Positions 9,333 to 20,000 of a DNA stretch of 20,000 bases are shown piece after piece. The position numbers were made by a program, and so were the translations under genes. Positions within the stretch are counted from its first letter, which is position 1, and each line of letters opens with the position of its first letter. The DNA is from Veleropilina oligotropha (Eukaryota). The notes beneath the pieces were generated by a model, which was given only the letters and a program-made list of their open reading frames with translations, was not told where the DNA came from and did not search any database. The stretch spans positions 855,851-875,850 of the forward strand of contig JBEUKZ010000112.1 of NCBI GenBank assembly GCA_048128005.1, given 5' to 3'.

Positions 9333-9991
9333 AGCCCCAATACAATAGTTTCTCCGTTTACACGGCTCAACTAATAACTTATTATAAAATACACAAACAT
9401 ACCCTTTGACAGAGGCAATATTGTAGGCAATGCAACCTAGCTGTGTTGTCATGTTGCAAATTTCCAGCACCTGGTACGATGGGTATATTTTCAAATATTC
9501 AGGCTATCATAAATTCTTTACTGCTCCAAATACGCTAGACATTAATCAGCCTTTTAAGTCATATCTTCTAATTAATCATTCAACCGCAGACTAAAGTCGT
9601 TGATAAATTATAAATGGAAAGTCCATGAAGTGGTAAAGCCGATGTATAAGCGTTTATGACAAACACTTTTGTCATTTTCAGTTATATGTATTCGTAGGCA
9701 ATAATTATATTATATACAAGGCCTAAATGAAAGCCACGGTTCAAAAGCTTCATATGCCCGACTTTCACTGAGTTGACTACGCACAAATAACTGTAAACCA
9801 CATAAATAAATACCACACAAAACAATGTAAATCATTATTGATTGTTTAAATATATTATATTTTAACATTTTGAATATAAACTGCAGTCGTTATCGGGGAA
9901 CTTTGCTTCTGCAATAAGTCAATTACAAAAGAAATATATATACACCAGTCATTAGAGATTTGGTGAGAAAAAATATCATCGAACGCAGTAC

Positions 9992-11224
9992 TCTGAACGC
10001 CAGAGATCTACGCTCTAACCACTGTGCTACGGCGGCCTTCTATCTTGGAAATTGCATCATAATGTAAGCTGTTTTCATATATGTTACTTTGCACCAACAA
10101 TTAAAATATTCATATCATGAAAATGATGACAAAGAGACAGTTCCGAATTGGAAAATTTTCCCATCTGTACATTATGAAGGAAAAATTGTTCGAACTATAT
10201 CTTGACATTTTGTTTCTTGGTGTCACATATCAACCAACATCAACATCCACAGATTAATGCTGTCAGCAGGTGTAGCTGTTACTTCATAGAATCTGCATCA
10301 TGTATCAATTTGTATCCATTTGTGACATCTAACTCTCGGTGGTGCCATCGTTGATATCAGGCTTCAGTCAGACAACAGCTTGACGTCACAAAGTGTCAGA
10401 GCGAGGCTGGTTGGCAAAACAATCCTTGTCGATGTTTGTTTACGGCTGAGAGGGCTTTGTTTTGTTCGTATTGCCGTCATTCAACGCCATTTTATTTGAT
10501 ATTGTTACTTCTTAACATTTACTTTCCTGATCTCAGAATGATATAACGTGTTTGTCACGTATACCAGTTGCCAAATGGAGTATTGATAATGAAATAAAAC
10601 AATATAAAAGGAATTTTTGTGTATACGGCTTTTTTCGAGTTCAGTTGTTATATGATGTCAATCGGGACCCGGGATTTTGCACGTTTTTAACAATCTTTCA
10701 CAGTGATATTGTTGTAGGAGCATCGATGTAACGTCTCCGCTCCATGGACGGATAATGGGTTAACTGTTTTAAACCACCCCTTCTATTTAGGGGTTATAAT
10801 ACGCCACACCGGTTGCGATATTTGAACCCGCGACCTATCGTCCAACTTTCGTTTTTCCACCGCACTACTAGTCGAGCTGTTGGGGACGGCTGTGTATGTA
10901 TATTAAATCAGTTCAGGAGAACTTTCAGTTTAAAATACTGGGATGGGCTTGTCAGGTGTAAATGTCATGGTCTTTTCATTCATAGACATAAAGTAATATG
11001 TACGCCTACAGATCAATGTCTTCCATGCCCTCATCTGCATTGTGTGATTATTGTTTAGACAAAGATGGGCTTAAGAAAAGTCATAAGTATTGTTAAGTGC
11101 AGACATAATTTCTTGTAACAAATAGTGCTATGTGTAACTTAGTTGTGAGAAATTTAAGGAGCTCAATTTAAGTTGATCACTGAAGAAAGGGAGTGAGTGA
11201 GCTATTTTTTATCGTCACATTTAA
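9992..11224 (+). repeat. 1233-bp near-identical duplication, copy 2
   Basis: Matches 4771-6003. Confidence 0.96.
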
Positions 11225-11225
11225 T

Positions 11226-12612
11226 TCTTTATTATTTTCTCCAAAATTTTGTGTTTGCAAGAACGCCAAAACGGCTAGAGCTACAGCAATAAAACTTTGC
11301 AGGTTTATAGGTGCATTAGTGAAGTTGTGCCGCGTCCTTAACGTACTGTCTGGGAATTGCGGTTTGGCCGCCATTTTGAATATATTAAAACTCTAAAAAA
11401 ATCTTCTTCTCAAAAACCGCCAATGACAGCGAGGGAAGACTTTCCAGATATGATTGACGTACTAAGGGGAAGTTAAATTGCAAGCGAAAAATCGATCGGT
11501 CGTAAAAGGAGGCCGCTGCGTGCGTCTGAAGATTGCGGCGCGCATTTAAAAATTTAAATCAATTTAAAATGGCTATATCTTGAAAATGATGCACCGTAGA
11601 CCCATGGTTACTATGGGGAGCCTATGGGAAGTCATGGTTGGGCTTTCAAATTTGACCTTGACCTTTGACCTCAGTTGACCTACATTGCAGGAAATGACCT
11701 AATTAAGGAAAAATGCATATATGTGGGCCTACAGTGCATGAAATGAACTCCTATTGACGTGTGTAGTCAACATTTACCAAATTTACAAGATAAAATTGAA
11801 AAACAGGAAGTGCCTCGACCGCCATTAAAGCTTTTATTTCAAGTGGCAATATATCAACAATGATGCGCCGTGGACACATAGTTACTATGGGGAGCCTATG
11901 GGAAGTCATGGTTGGGCTTTCAAATGTGACCTTGACCTTTGACCTCAGTTGACCTACATTGCGAAAAATGACCTATTTAAGGGAAAATGCATATATGCTT
12001 GCCCATAGTGGCTAAAATGAACTCCTATTGACGTGCGTAGTCGCTATTTACCAAATTTCCAAGATAAAATTAAGAACAGGAAGTGCCTCGGCGGCCATTA
12101 AAGCATTTGTTAGAAGTGGCAATATATCAACAAGGATGCACCGTGGACACATAGTTACTATGGGGACCCTATGGGAAGTCATGGTTGATCTTTCACATGT
12201 GACCTTGACCTTTGACCTCAGTTGACCTACATTGCAGAAAATGACCTAATTAAGGAAAACGACATATTTTCGCCAGAAAAAGACATGTTTGCCAGAAAAT
12301 GGTCAGGAAATGGCAAACTCTGTTAATATTGATGCTAGAGCTTAGATATTTTAAATTAGGATAATAAAAAAATTCGAAAAAAAAAAAATGGCTACCACAT
12401 TTTCCTTAAAAAGGCCAGAACTGGAGACCTACGTGGCGTACAGACCTGAAATTTGCGGCATTCGATTCAGTGTATATATTAATAAAATTCTAAGGAAAAA
12501 AATTAAAATATTTAAAAATTAAATCTAAAAGTTAAAAAAAAATAAAAAATTTGGCTGCAAGCGATAGGACGCGATCAGCTTGAAGCCCTCTACAGCTGCT
12601 TGCAGCTTTAAT
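11226..12612 (+). mobile_element. Body and right arm of short HINE element E2 (head probably 7148-7199)
   Basis: Begins headless at tctttattattttctcc. 274-bp units at 11654, 11928, 12201. SubTIR 12578-12589, hairpin 12594-12607. Confidence 0.8.
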
Positions 12613-14559
12613 TAGGGCTTCAAGCTTTCAAGGCTTGAAGCCCTATTGTTATTCTACGAATTATTATTATTATGATTTATTATTTTCTCCACGATTTTGT
12701 GACAGCGATAACTCAAAAACTGCCAGAGCTACAGCAATAAAATTTTGCAGGCTTATAGGTGCATTAGTGAAGTTGTGCCGCGTCCTTAACCTAGTCTCTA
12801 GGTCGCATAGTTTCGTCGTTATCATGTGTTTTGTAAAAAAAACACCACTTTTTAAAAAATCTTCTTCTCCGAAAGCAGTAAAGCCAGCGAGACGAAACTT
12901 GCCACAGGTGATGTAGGCTTCATCACCAAGTATCTTTGCAGACAACAAGTTGATCGGTCTAACAACAAGGTAGCTACGAGCGTCTGAATCTTGCAAAAAA
13001 GTTGAATTTTTTACAATTTTTACATCGGCTATAACTCTTATTCTGCTTTAACTATAGTCTTCAACCTTCGCTGAGTGGTAGACGCTTTCTGTAAGTTAAT
13101 TTTGCTAAAAGAAGATATTTCTGCGTGATGTGGTTAAGCCGCCATCTTGGATTGTTTGAAAAACTTCAAACGTCATTTTCTCTGCAATCGTCTGTCCGAT
13201 CACAATGAAACTTCGTAGGTGGGAACGTTGTGTTATGTTCTTATAAATGTATAATAAACCAAAAAATATTAGTATGAAAATATTAAGAGCAAAAGTCATT
13301 TGAAATTTAAAATTTCAATTAGTCGTATCTTCCTTAATATTTAATTATTTGAAACGAAATAAAGTTCATTATGAACACATCAAATTTATCTAACGCAATA
13401 TATAAAAAAGCTATCACTTATTTAAGTTAATTTAAAGATATAGACATTTTTTGACATCATTTTGTAACTGCTATAACTTAGGTTGTACGGGGACCATCAA
13501 GTGGTAAATTTAACACTAGTGCCATCTTAGGGGAAATAATATATATGCATATTTTCGAATAGCTGGGAGTGGTAATACTGCAAAAAGACAGTGTATTTTT
13601 TATGTAGCGACTATATCTGGCTGGCTTAAAGTAATTTATTACCCTGTGTCAACAAAGCCCCATGGTCTTGTATTGACATTATGGCCACCTAATTACTTTG
13701 TATCAATAAACTGTGGCCATCCCACTGCCTGCAGAGATATAAGAAATTAGTATGTCGTAAAAACTAGGGAAGGAGACAGAACTAGGTTTTAGTCTATACG
13801 TACGCTCCTTGCAAACGGGAATATAAGGTCAATGCAAGCATATGTAAGTCTATTTAAGTATATGTAATTGTGCATACAAGGCAAATCTTTTGCTTGTGAT
13901 TAGAATTGCGTCTCGTTAAACACTTGCAAACCACAGTGACAATCATACGCAACATTAACTTATTAAATATTGCAAATCAATATTTCTAGTTTAATTGATC
14001 AGTTAAATGTTTATGCTAACATCTCTCAAGGGCTTGGCACAAGACTAGCCTTTAAGTAAACACAATCGCCCAGCTGCCTGGACGTTATGATGTAATGTCA
14101 ATAAAGACAGCCCACCACTTTGAAAGTGGTCTTGATAGGTGTTCCTTGTGGTCAAAGGGAGGTAATTTTAAAGGGCCTGTAGGCTGTAGCCTACAAGCAA
14201 TTTATATCAGTGAAAATGTCTCTTAATAAGCCTATCACACGAAGTACATGAAGCAATTCCATTTATGGCTGTCATGACAATTTATCTCCATGAGGCAGAG
14301 ATGTTAATGGGTCCAGTGTAAATATTGGCCAGGCAGCCTAGCTGACTTCAGAGGGTTATGTAATATCACTGCAGGTTTATAAGGTCAACCTACCTTTGAG
14401 GCAAGCGCTGGTCGGTTTCCACTGGTCTAGGGTAAAGAATATAATTGCAAGTAATTGTCAAAATAGTTATATCCGCTTATATATGTGTGCGTATATAATC
14501 TTATTATATTTCCTATGGGTTCCTGTGTCATGATTTATCTCTAATGTATGTCGGTCACA

Positions 14560-14653
14560 TCGGATTGAGACCTTAAACCGGGTGACCTGATTGCTTTAAG
14601 GCTGAAAAATTGCCAAAGTGGTCGTGAAATAAAGTTGTCTACTCAACTCAACT
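14560..14653 (+). mobile_element. 3' fragment of a SINE related to the one at 4645-4816
   Basis: tcggattgagaccttaaaccggg...ctgaaaaattgccaaagtggtcgtgaaa...actcaactcaact aligns by eye with the reverse complement of 4645-4730. Confidence 0.75.
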
Positions 14654-15328
14654 ATATATAAACAAGTTATAGTAAAGTATATTTTCTGTATATTTTTGTG
14701 CACTACGGCGTTGGAGAACTCAGAAGCGATTCCATATAATTTACTATTTTACCAACTGCACAGACAAACGTTGTATACTCATTAATAAGTACAATGCATT
14801 TGCGACATAATAATTGATACATCATATTGCTAGCAATAGACAACTTACACAAGGGGACCCGACTCGGTGCCAATATTTAATATCCTGAAATTAATATGAA
14901 GCTCAACCATCACTAAGGCAAACGCTAACATTGTGTAAGGTATATTAATAAGATAATACGATTGCAATGGTCTAAGTGCATTCAGAAGAACAAATATATT
15001 GTGATTAAACACACTCATATATTAAATTATCTTGTCAAAGAACAGTTATCTAATGATCAAACCTACGTATGCTAATTTACAGATAATTTAGCATGTGGCA
15101 GACAAAAATATCAGGGAATTTTTGAGTGCCGGGTAAAATAAATTTCAATGTAACTTTTTCGACGTTTTACAAATATTATGCATCTCAAAAGCAATTTCCT
15201 GATACCTGAGTGACATTTAGATCATATATTTACAATGTATATTATAAAATGTACATTTAAAATGTATATATGCTTGTTTTATAAATTAATTATTCAAATG
15301 TGTAGTCTACATTTGCAAGATAAAATTG

Positions 15329-15443
15329 AAAGGCAGGAAGTGCCTCGGCGGCCATTAAAGGCAGGAAGTGCCTCGGCGGCCATTAAAGGCAGGAAGTGCC
15401 TCGCGCCCATTAAAGGCAGGAAGTGCCTCGGCGGCCATTAAAG
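15329..15443 (+). repeat. 28-bp minisatellite x4 derived from a sub-segment of the 274-bp unit
   Basis: aaaggcaggaagtgcctcggcggccatt x4 (third copy 27 bp). The same motif occurs once per 274-bp unit. Confidence 0.93.
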
Positions 15444-17077
15444 CTTTTGTTTTGACTACCTGGTAGATGCTGTGTGCATGAAATTGATATCGCTTTTTGG
15501 AACGCATTTCAATTGTGTTTGATAGAAGGCATTGCATGAACGAACTGTTACTTTACCATCTGTAAGGAAGAATTTTTGCTATCAGATATTTTACAATAAA
15601 GTGTTGTGCATATATGACAATGGATAGTCATACTATTTGCTAATGTTTAATAAGATATGTAAATGCATAATTAAATTTTTGTGTTTTAATGACTGCACCA
15701 TATATGGCAAAATGGAAGTTGTTACTGTTTAGTAAAGCCTAGTGCATGTTGGGCTTGCGACTGGATCCAATCAGTCGAAAGCCGTTTCCTGCGACCAGTT
15801 GCTCGAGTTGCCAGAACCAGGAGTATCGAAACAGACGCCGGTCTCTGCCGATATGTGTGTACCTGGGACTGCTTGCGCCGAAAAATCGCCAGTTACTCTT
15901 CGGCGACTGGATCGATCCAGTTGGATCAGAATATATGATCTTGACAATATGATTAAAAAAGTTTGCGCGGGACAAATTCATCGGACATAAGATCAGGCCG
16001 CCATCTTGGATTACGTCATAAACTAGCTTATTTTATAACTTTGTTAATATTTAACCTAGCGGGACATGATTTATATATTCGGATATCATATACGCTTGTC
16101 TTTCAAATTTGACCTTGACCTTTGACCTCAGTTGACCTACATTGCAGGAAATGACCTAATTAAGGAAAAATGCATATATGTGGGCCTATAGTGCATGAAA
16201 TGAACTCCTATTGACGTGTGTAGTCAACATTTACCAAATTTACAAGATAAAATTGAAAAACAGGAAGTGCCTCGACGGCCATTAAAGCTTTTCTTTCAAG
16301 TGGCAATATATCAACAAGGATGCGCCGTGGACACATAGTTACTATGGGGAGCCTATGGGAAGTCATGGTTGGGCTTTCAAATGTGACCTTGACCTTTGAC
16401 CTCAGTTGACCTACATTGCGAAAAATGACCTAATTAAGGAAAAATGCATATATGCTTGCCCATAGTGGCTAAAATGAACTCCTATTGACGTGCGTAGTCG
16501 CTATTTACCAAATTTCCAAGATAAAATTAAAAAACAGGAAGTGCCTCGGCGGCCATTAAAGCATTTGTTAGAAGTGGCAATATATCAACAAGGATGCACC
16601 GTGGACACATAGTTACTATGGGGACCCTATGGGAAGTCATGGTTGATCTTTCACATGTGACCTTGACCTTTGACCTCAGTTGACCTACATTGCAGAAAAT
16701 GACCTAATTAAGGAAAACGACATATTTTTGCCAGAAAAAGACATGTTTGCCAGAAAATGGTCAGGAAATGGCAAACTCTGTTAATATTGATGCTAGAGCT
16801 TAGATATTTTAAATTAGGATAATAAAAAAATTCGAAAAAAAAAAAAAATGGCTACCACATTTTCCTTAAAAAGGCCAGAACTGGAGACCTACGTGGCGTA
16901 CAGACCTGAAATTTGCGGCATTCGATTCAGTGTATATATTAATAACATTCTAAGGAAAAAAATTAAAATATTTAAAAATTAAATTTAAAAGTTAAAAAAA
17001 AAAAAAAAAAAAAAAATGGCTGCAAGCGATAGGACGCGATCAGCTTGAAGCCCTGTACAGCTGCTTGCAGCTTTAAT

Positions 17078-18200
17078 TATGATTTATTATTTTCTCCACG
17101 ATTTTGTGACAGCGATAACTCAAAAACTGCCAGAGCTACAGCAATAAAATTTTGCAGGCTTATAGGTGCATTAGTGAAGTTGTGCCGCGTCCTTAACGTA
17201 GTCTCTAGGTCGCATAGTTTCGTCGTTATCATGTGTTTTTAAAAAAAAACACCACTTTTTATAAAATCTTCTCCAGAACCACTGACGCGATTGAAACGAA
17301 ACGCGGAATATAGCATTTAGACATCATGTACATATTTGTTTGCACATGTCAAGGCAATCTGACACGTAAAAAAGCAGCTACGGCCATCTGAAGTCATCAA
17401 AATATTTCAATAATTTGATATTTTTTATTTCAGCTCTAATTCTTAAATGGCTTTTTGGTTTAAGGTCTGAAGTTGTGCTGGGTCGTTAAACCTAGTCTCT
17501 AGGTCGCATAGTTTCGTAGTTATCATGTGTTTTGTCAAAAAAACACCACCTTTTAAAAAATCTACTTCTCCAGACCCACTAACGCGATTGAAACGAAACT
17601 CGGAATATCTCATATAAACACCATGTAGATATTTGTTTCACAATATCAAGGCAATCGGACACGCAACAGGGCAGCTACGGTCATCTGAAGTCATCAAAAT
17701 ATTTCAATAATTTTATTTTTTTAATTTCAGCTTTAACTCTTAAATTGCTTTTTGGATTAAGCTTGCATATCTATGGGCGCGTAGGCGCTTATGTTAAGTT
17801 ATTTTTACAATAAACATTTAGTCGACAGGGGTCACGGATTGGCCGCCATCTTGGATTGTTTGAAAAACTTAAAACGTCAGTTTCTCTTCAATCGTTGGTC
17901 CGATCGAAATGAAACTTCGTCGGTAGGGCCGTTGTGTTATGTTTCTATTGTTTTATAAACGAATACTGGGTAGGATGAACATAATAGCAGCTAAGATCAT
18001 TTGAAAATTAAAATCTTAATTAGATGTATCTTCCTTAATTTTTAAGTACGTGAAAGGAAATATAGTTCATTATGAACACATCAAATTTAACTAATGCAAT
18101 ATATATAAAAACTGTCACTCAGAATATTATTTTTAGAGTAAAAAGCAATTGCGTTTTATATTCTAAAAGTTAAATAACTTAGCTGTAACTAGGACTACGA
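17078..18200 (+). mobile_element. Headless left arm of HINE element E1 (head probably 7091-7147), with a ~293-bp diverged internal tandem duplication (17176/17469)
   Basis: Starts tatgatttattattttctccacg. Homologous to ~12672-13430. gaagttgtgc..tagtctctaggtcgcatagtttcg recurs 293 bp apart. The right end is not seen in the window. Confidence 0.78.
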
Positions 18201-19048
18201 ACTTGAAATTTAAATACAATACGCATCACATTTCTGTGAATTCGTATGTTCAATTTCATAGCGCTATGACTGATGGTTCAATATTAAAACAGTTTATTTT
18301 TTGCGTTCAGTCAGAAGAATTGAACTGCATTAATTGCTTTAATTGCTAGCAGTCAATATTATCCAGCGACTCTAAATTAGTTTATGAGCTCTATGGCCGG
18401 CCTGTGGCCACCGCAGGCAGATAAATCAGCAATTAGCAGGTCGTAAACCTGGACAGAGAGAGATAGAACTTTAGAAATAAATTTCTTCCCACGTGTCTTG
18501 ATGGAACTATTTGAAATGTCTACTTCTGCATTTACCATTATGATTTATCCAAATTAATTGGTCACCATCGTAATGTCATGTATATTTATACCAGATATGA
18601 GCACAGTTTACGTCGACTAATCTCCTTTTTATTACCATGTTTAGTGTTCAATAGATAACTTGGAATAAAGTAATCAGTATTTATCAACAATAATAACGTT
18701 CATAAATATTTCACTAATATATTGTCTGCTAATCGGGAATGTGAGCTTGAATTGAAGGCTGTAATCTAAATTCAGTTAGATGTGATTAATCCTAACCAAA
18801 GGTGCGAAAGTATACGTCGTGGGCATGAACCTACACAACGAAGGACACGATTGTTTTAATTTTGACATCTTTGATTGCCTCTAATTGCCGTTACAATGTT
18901 TATGTTTGTGGGCTAACAGTGTTGCAATAACAAAGAAACTAAGCTGGTATTTGAAAAGACTGTAATAGCGTGTGTAACTGAGATGTTTATGTCAAATAAT
19001 AAAAAATATATAATTATAAATGATCTTTAGTATAATATTGTTTTTCAG

Positions 19049-19464
19049 TAAGTAAATGTCTCAAACAAAAAGCAATCGCGAACAAGCAAGCAGCTTCCAT
19101 CGCTAATGAAATTGTAGCCACGCCAGGATTGCCCAGCCAAGACGAGAGTTCCCCTGAATGCCCAGAATGCTTACAGAAGCCGTGTGCAACACTCCGTCCA
19201 AACCATCGGATAGGGAATGGTCGACCGGCGTGTCATACCAATCGACTGATACGGAAAGAGAAATATTCGAAATATTGGAAGTGCCTGTCGAATCAAGGTC
19301 TTTGGAAAGATAGTAGATACCAAGAAAGAAAGCAACGTAGAGGGGATGGGGAAGTGTCAGTGCACCATAAGAGGGAGGTAATGCCACTTTGCGTTGTGGC
19401 TCAAGTTAGACGACTTTATCCCAATCTCGCATGGACAGAATACTTGGGGCATCGTTGGCAGTGA
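19049..19464 (+). CDS. Terminal exon of a small Cys-rich protein resembling the P2X7 ballast / nanor / KolX-like Zn-binding domain
   Basis: Acceptor tgtttttcag| at 19048, open frame to TGA at 19464, AATAAA at 19524-19529. Motifs CPECLQKPC, RKEKYSKYW, REVMPLCVVAQVRRLYPN...YLGHRW resemble the R-x2-hP-x-C-h-V-x2-hR-x2-[FY]P...Y-x-G consensus. The region is GC-richer than its flanks. Confidence 0.68.
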
Positions 19465-20000
19465 AATATGAAAAACTATGTTGTAACTATATGTACGTTA
19501 TGTATGTAAACATTTTCTAATTTAATAAATAATACAACTTTTACATACGTCTTAGTAAACATCCAATATTCAGTCACAATACGTATATCGTTAATATTAT
19601 TATGTCAGTATAAATGCAGTACAGGTTAAAATATGAGCAGAAATTGCATCTGTTGGTCCACCCACTATGTGATTAACTTTCTGTTTTGTTGTTAATTAAA
19701 CACAGAAGGTAACTGACCAGCACCAATCAATTGCCTAAGCAATGTAAACACTCTGTTCACACCTCCGTCAATTTGGATTCTGGTGACAATAAATTGTCCA
19801 ATGAATGCTGCACAGGCTTGTTGAGCCCCGCCCCGCTTAGTTTCTCGGGAAACCGATCGATTTTGATGTTAGGCCTTTAAAGTGCTCTCCAAACTACAAT
19901 AGTTAATTTTGACCATTTTCGGACCGCTTTAGCTCAGAAATTGGCTCCTTATTGCGTTGCTGACACCAATAATTTTACCATATATGCGGTCAAAGGGATC

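Larger units (their letters stand above)
7200..11225 (+). mobile_element. HINE element E3: head, left arm, unique cargo, duplicated cargo; right arm deleted
   Basis: The left arm from ~7270 (tttattattttctccacgattttgtgacagcg...) is shared with ~12672 and ~17078. The cargo end 9992-11224 matches E0 cargo, then stops at TTTAAT. Confidence 0.65.
12613..17077 (+). mobile_element. Complete ~4.5-kb non-autonomous Helentron/HINE element E4 with internal cargo
   Basis: 5' palindromic head 12613-12645 plus (ATT)n, left arm, ~2.7 kb unique interior, 274-bp units at 16111/16385/16659, subTIR 17043-17054, hairpin 17059-17072. No Rep/helicase ORF. Confidence 0.85.

Noticed and set aside
4771..11224. The 1.2-kb duplication as an assembly artefact
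   Set aside because: The copies differ by several substitutions and have distinct, interpretable breakpoints. Haplotype mis-joining cannot be fully excluded without reads.
5592..17242. Repeated short ORFs (5592/10813; 7221/12635/17045; 7256/11177/12670)
   Set aside because: They recur only because the DNA is repeated. Lengths and frames vary between copies and there are no Rep/helicase or other domain motifs.
19103..19387. Minus-strand 94-aa ORF
   Set aside because: Antisense to the better supported plus-strand exon.
19820..20000. GC box (gccccgccccgc) and possible start of another repeat
   Set aside because: Truncated by the window edge, with no second copy or terminal structure to support a call.

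Overview
AT-rich eukaryotic DNA, probably from a marine invertebrate (mollusc-like repeat vocabulary; inference), made almost entirely of transposable elements. (1) 1-4130, minus strand: the 5' half of an intact-looking Ty3/Gypsy LTR retrotransposon. It has a 5' LTR (~2836-4130), a tRNA-Arg-type PBS, gag with a CCHC knuckle, a G-GGA-AAC -1 frameshift site followed by a predicted H-type pseudoknot, and a pol ORF (missed by the ORF track because it runs off the window). Pol starts with a complete MYND zinc finger, then protease, then RT. The LTR carries two identical 82-bp poly(A)-signal blocks. The upstream one ends exactly at a splice donor and the downstream one exactly at a splice acceptor, suggesting an LTR intron that is spliced from the RNA 5' end yet rebuilt at each reverse transcription. 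(2) ~4770-18200+: non-autonomous Helentron/DINE-1-like (HINE) elements with 274-bp central tandem repeats and different cargo, nested in each other's (ATT)n microsatellite, plus tRNA-derived SINE fragments. (3) 19049-19464: a terminal coding exon for a small Cys-rich protein resembling the P2X7-ballast/nanor/KolX-type domain. No prokaryotic genes, CRISPR arrays or true tRNA/rRNA genes were found.
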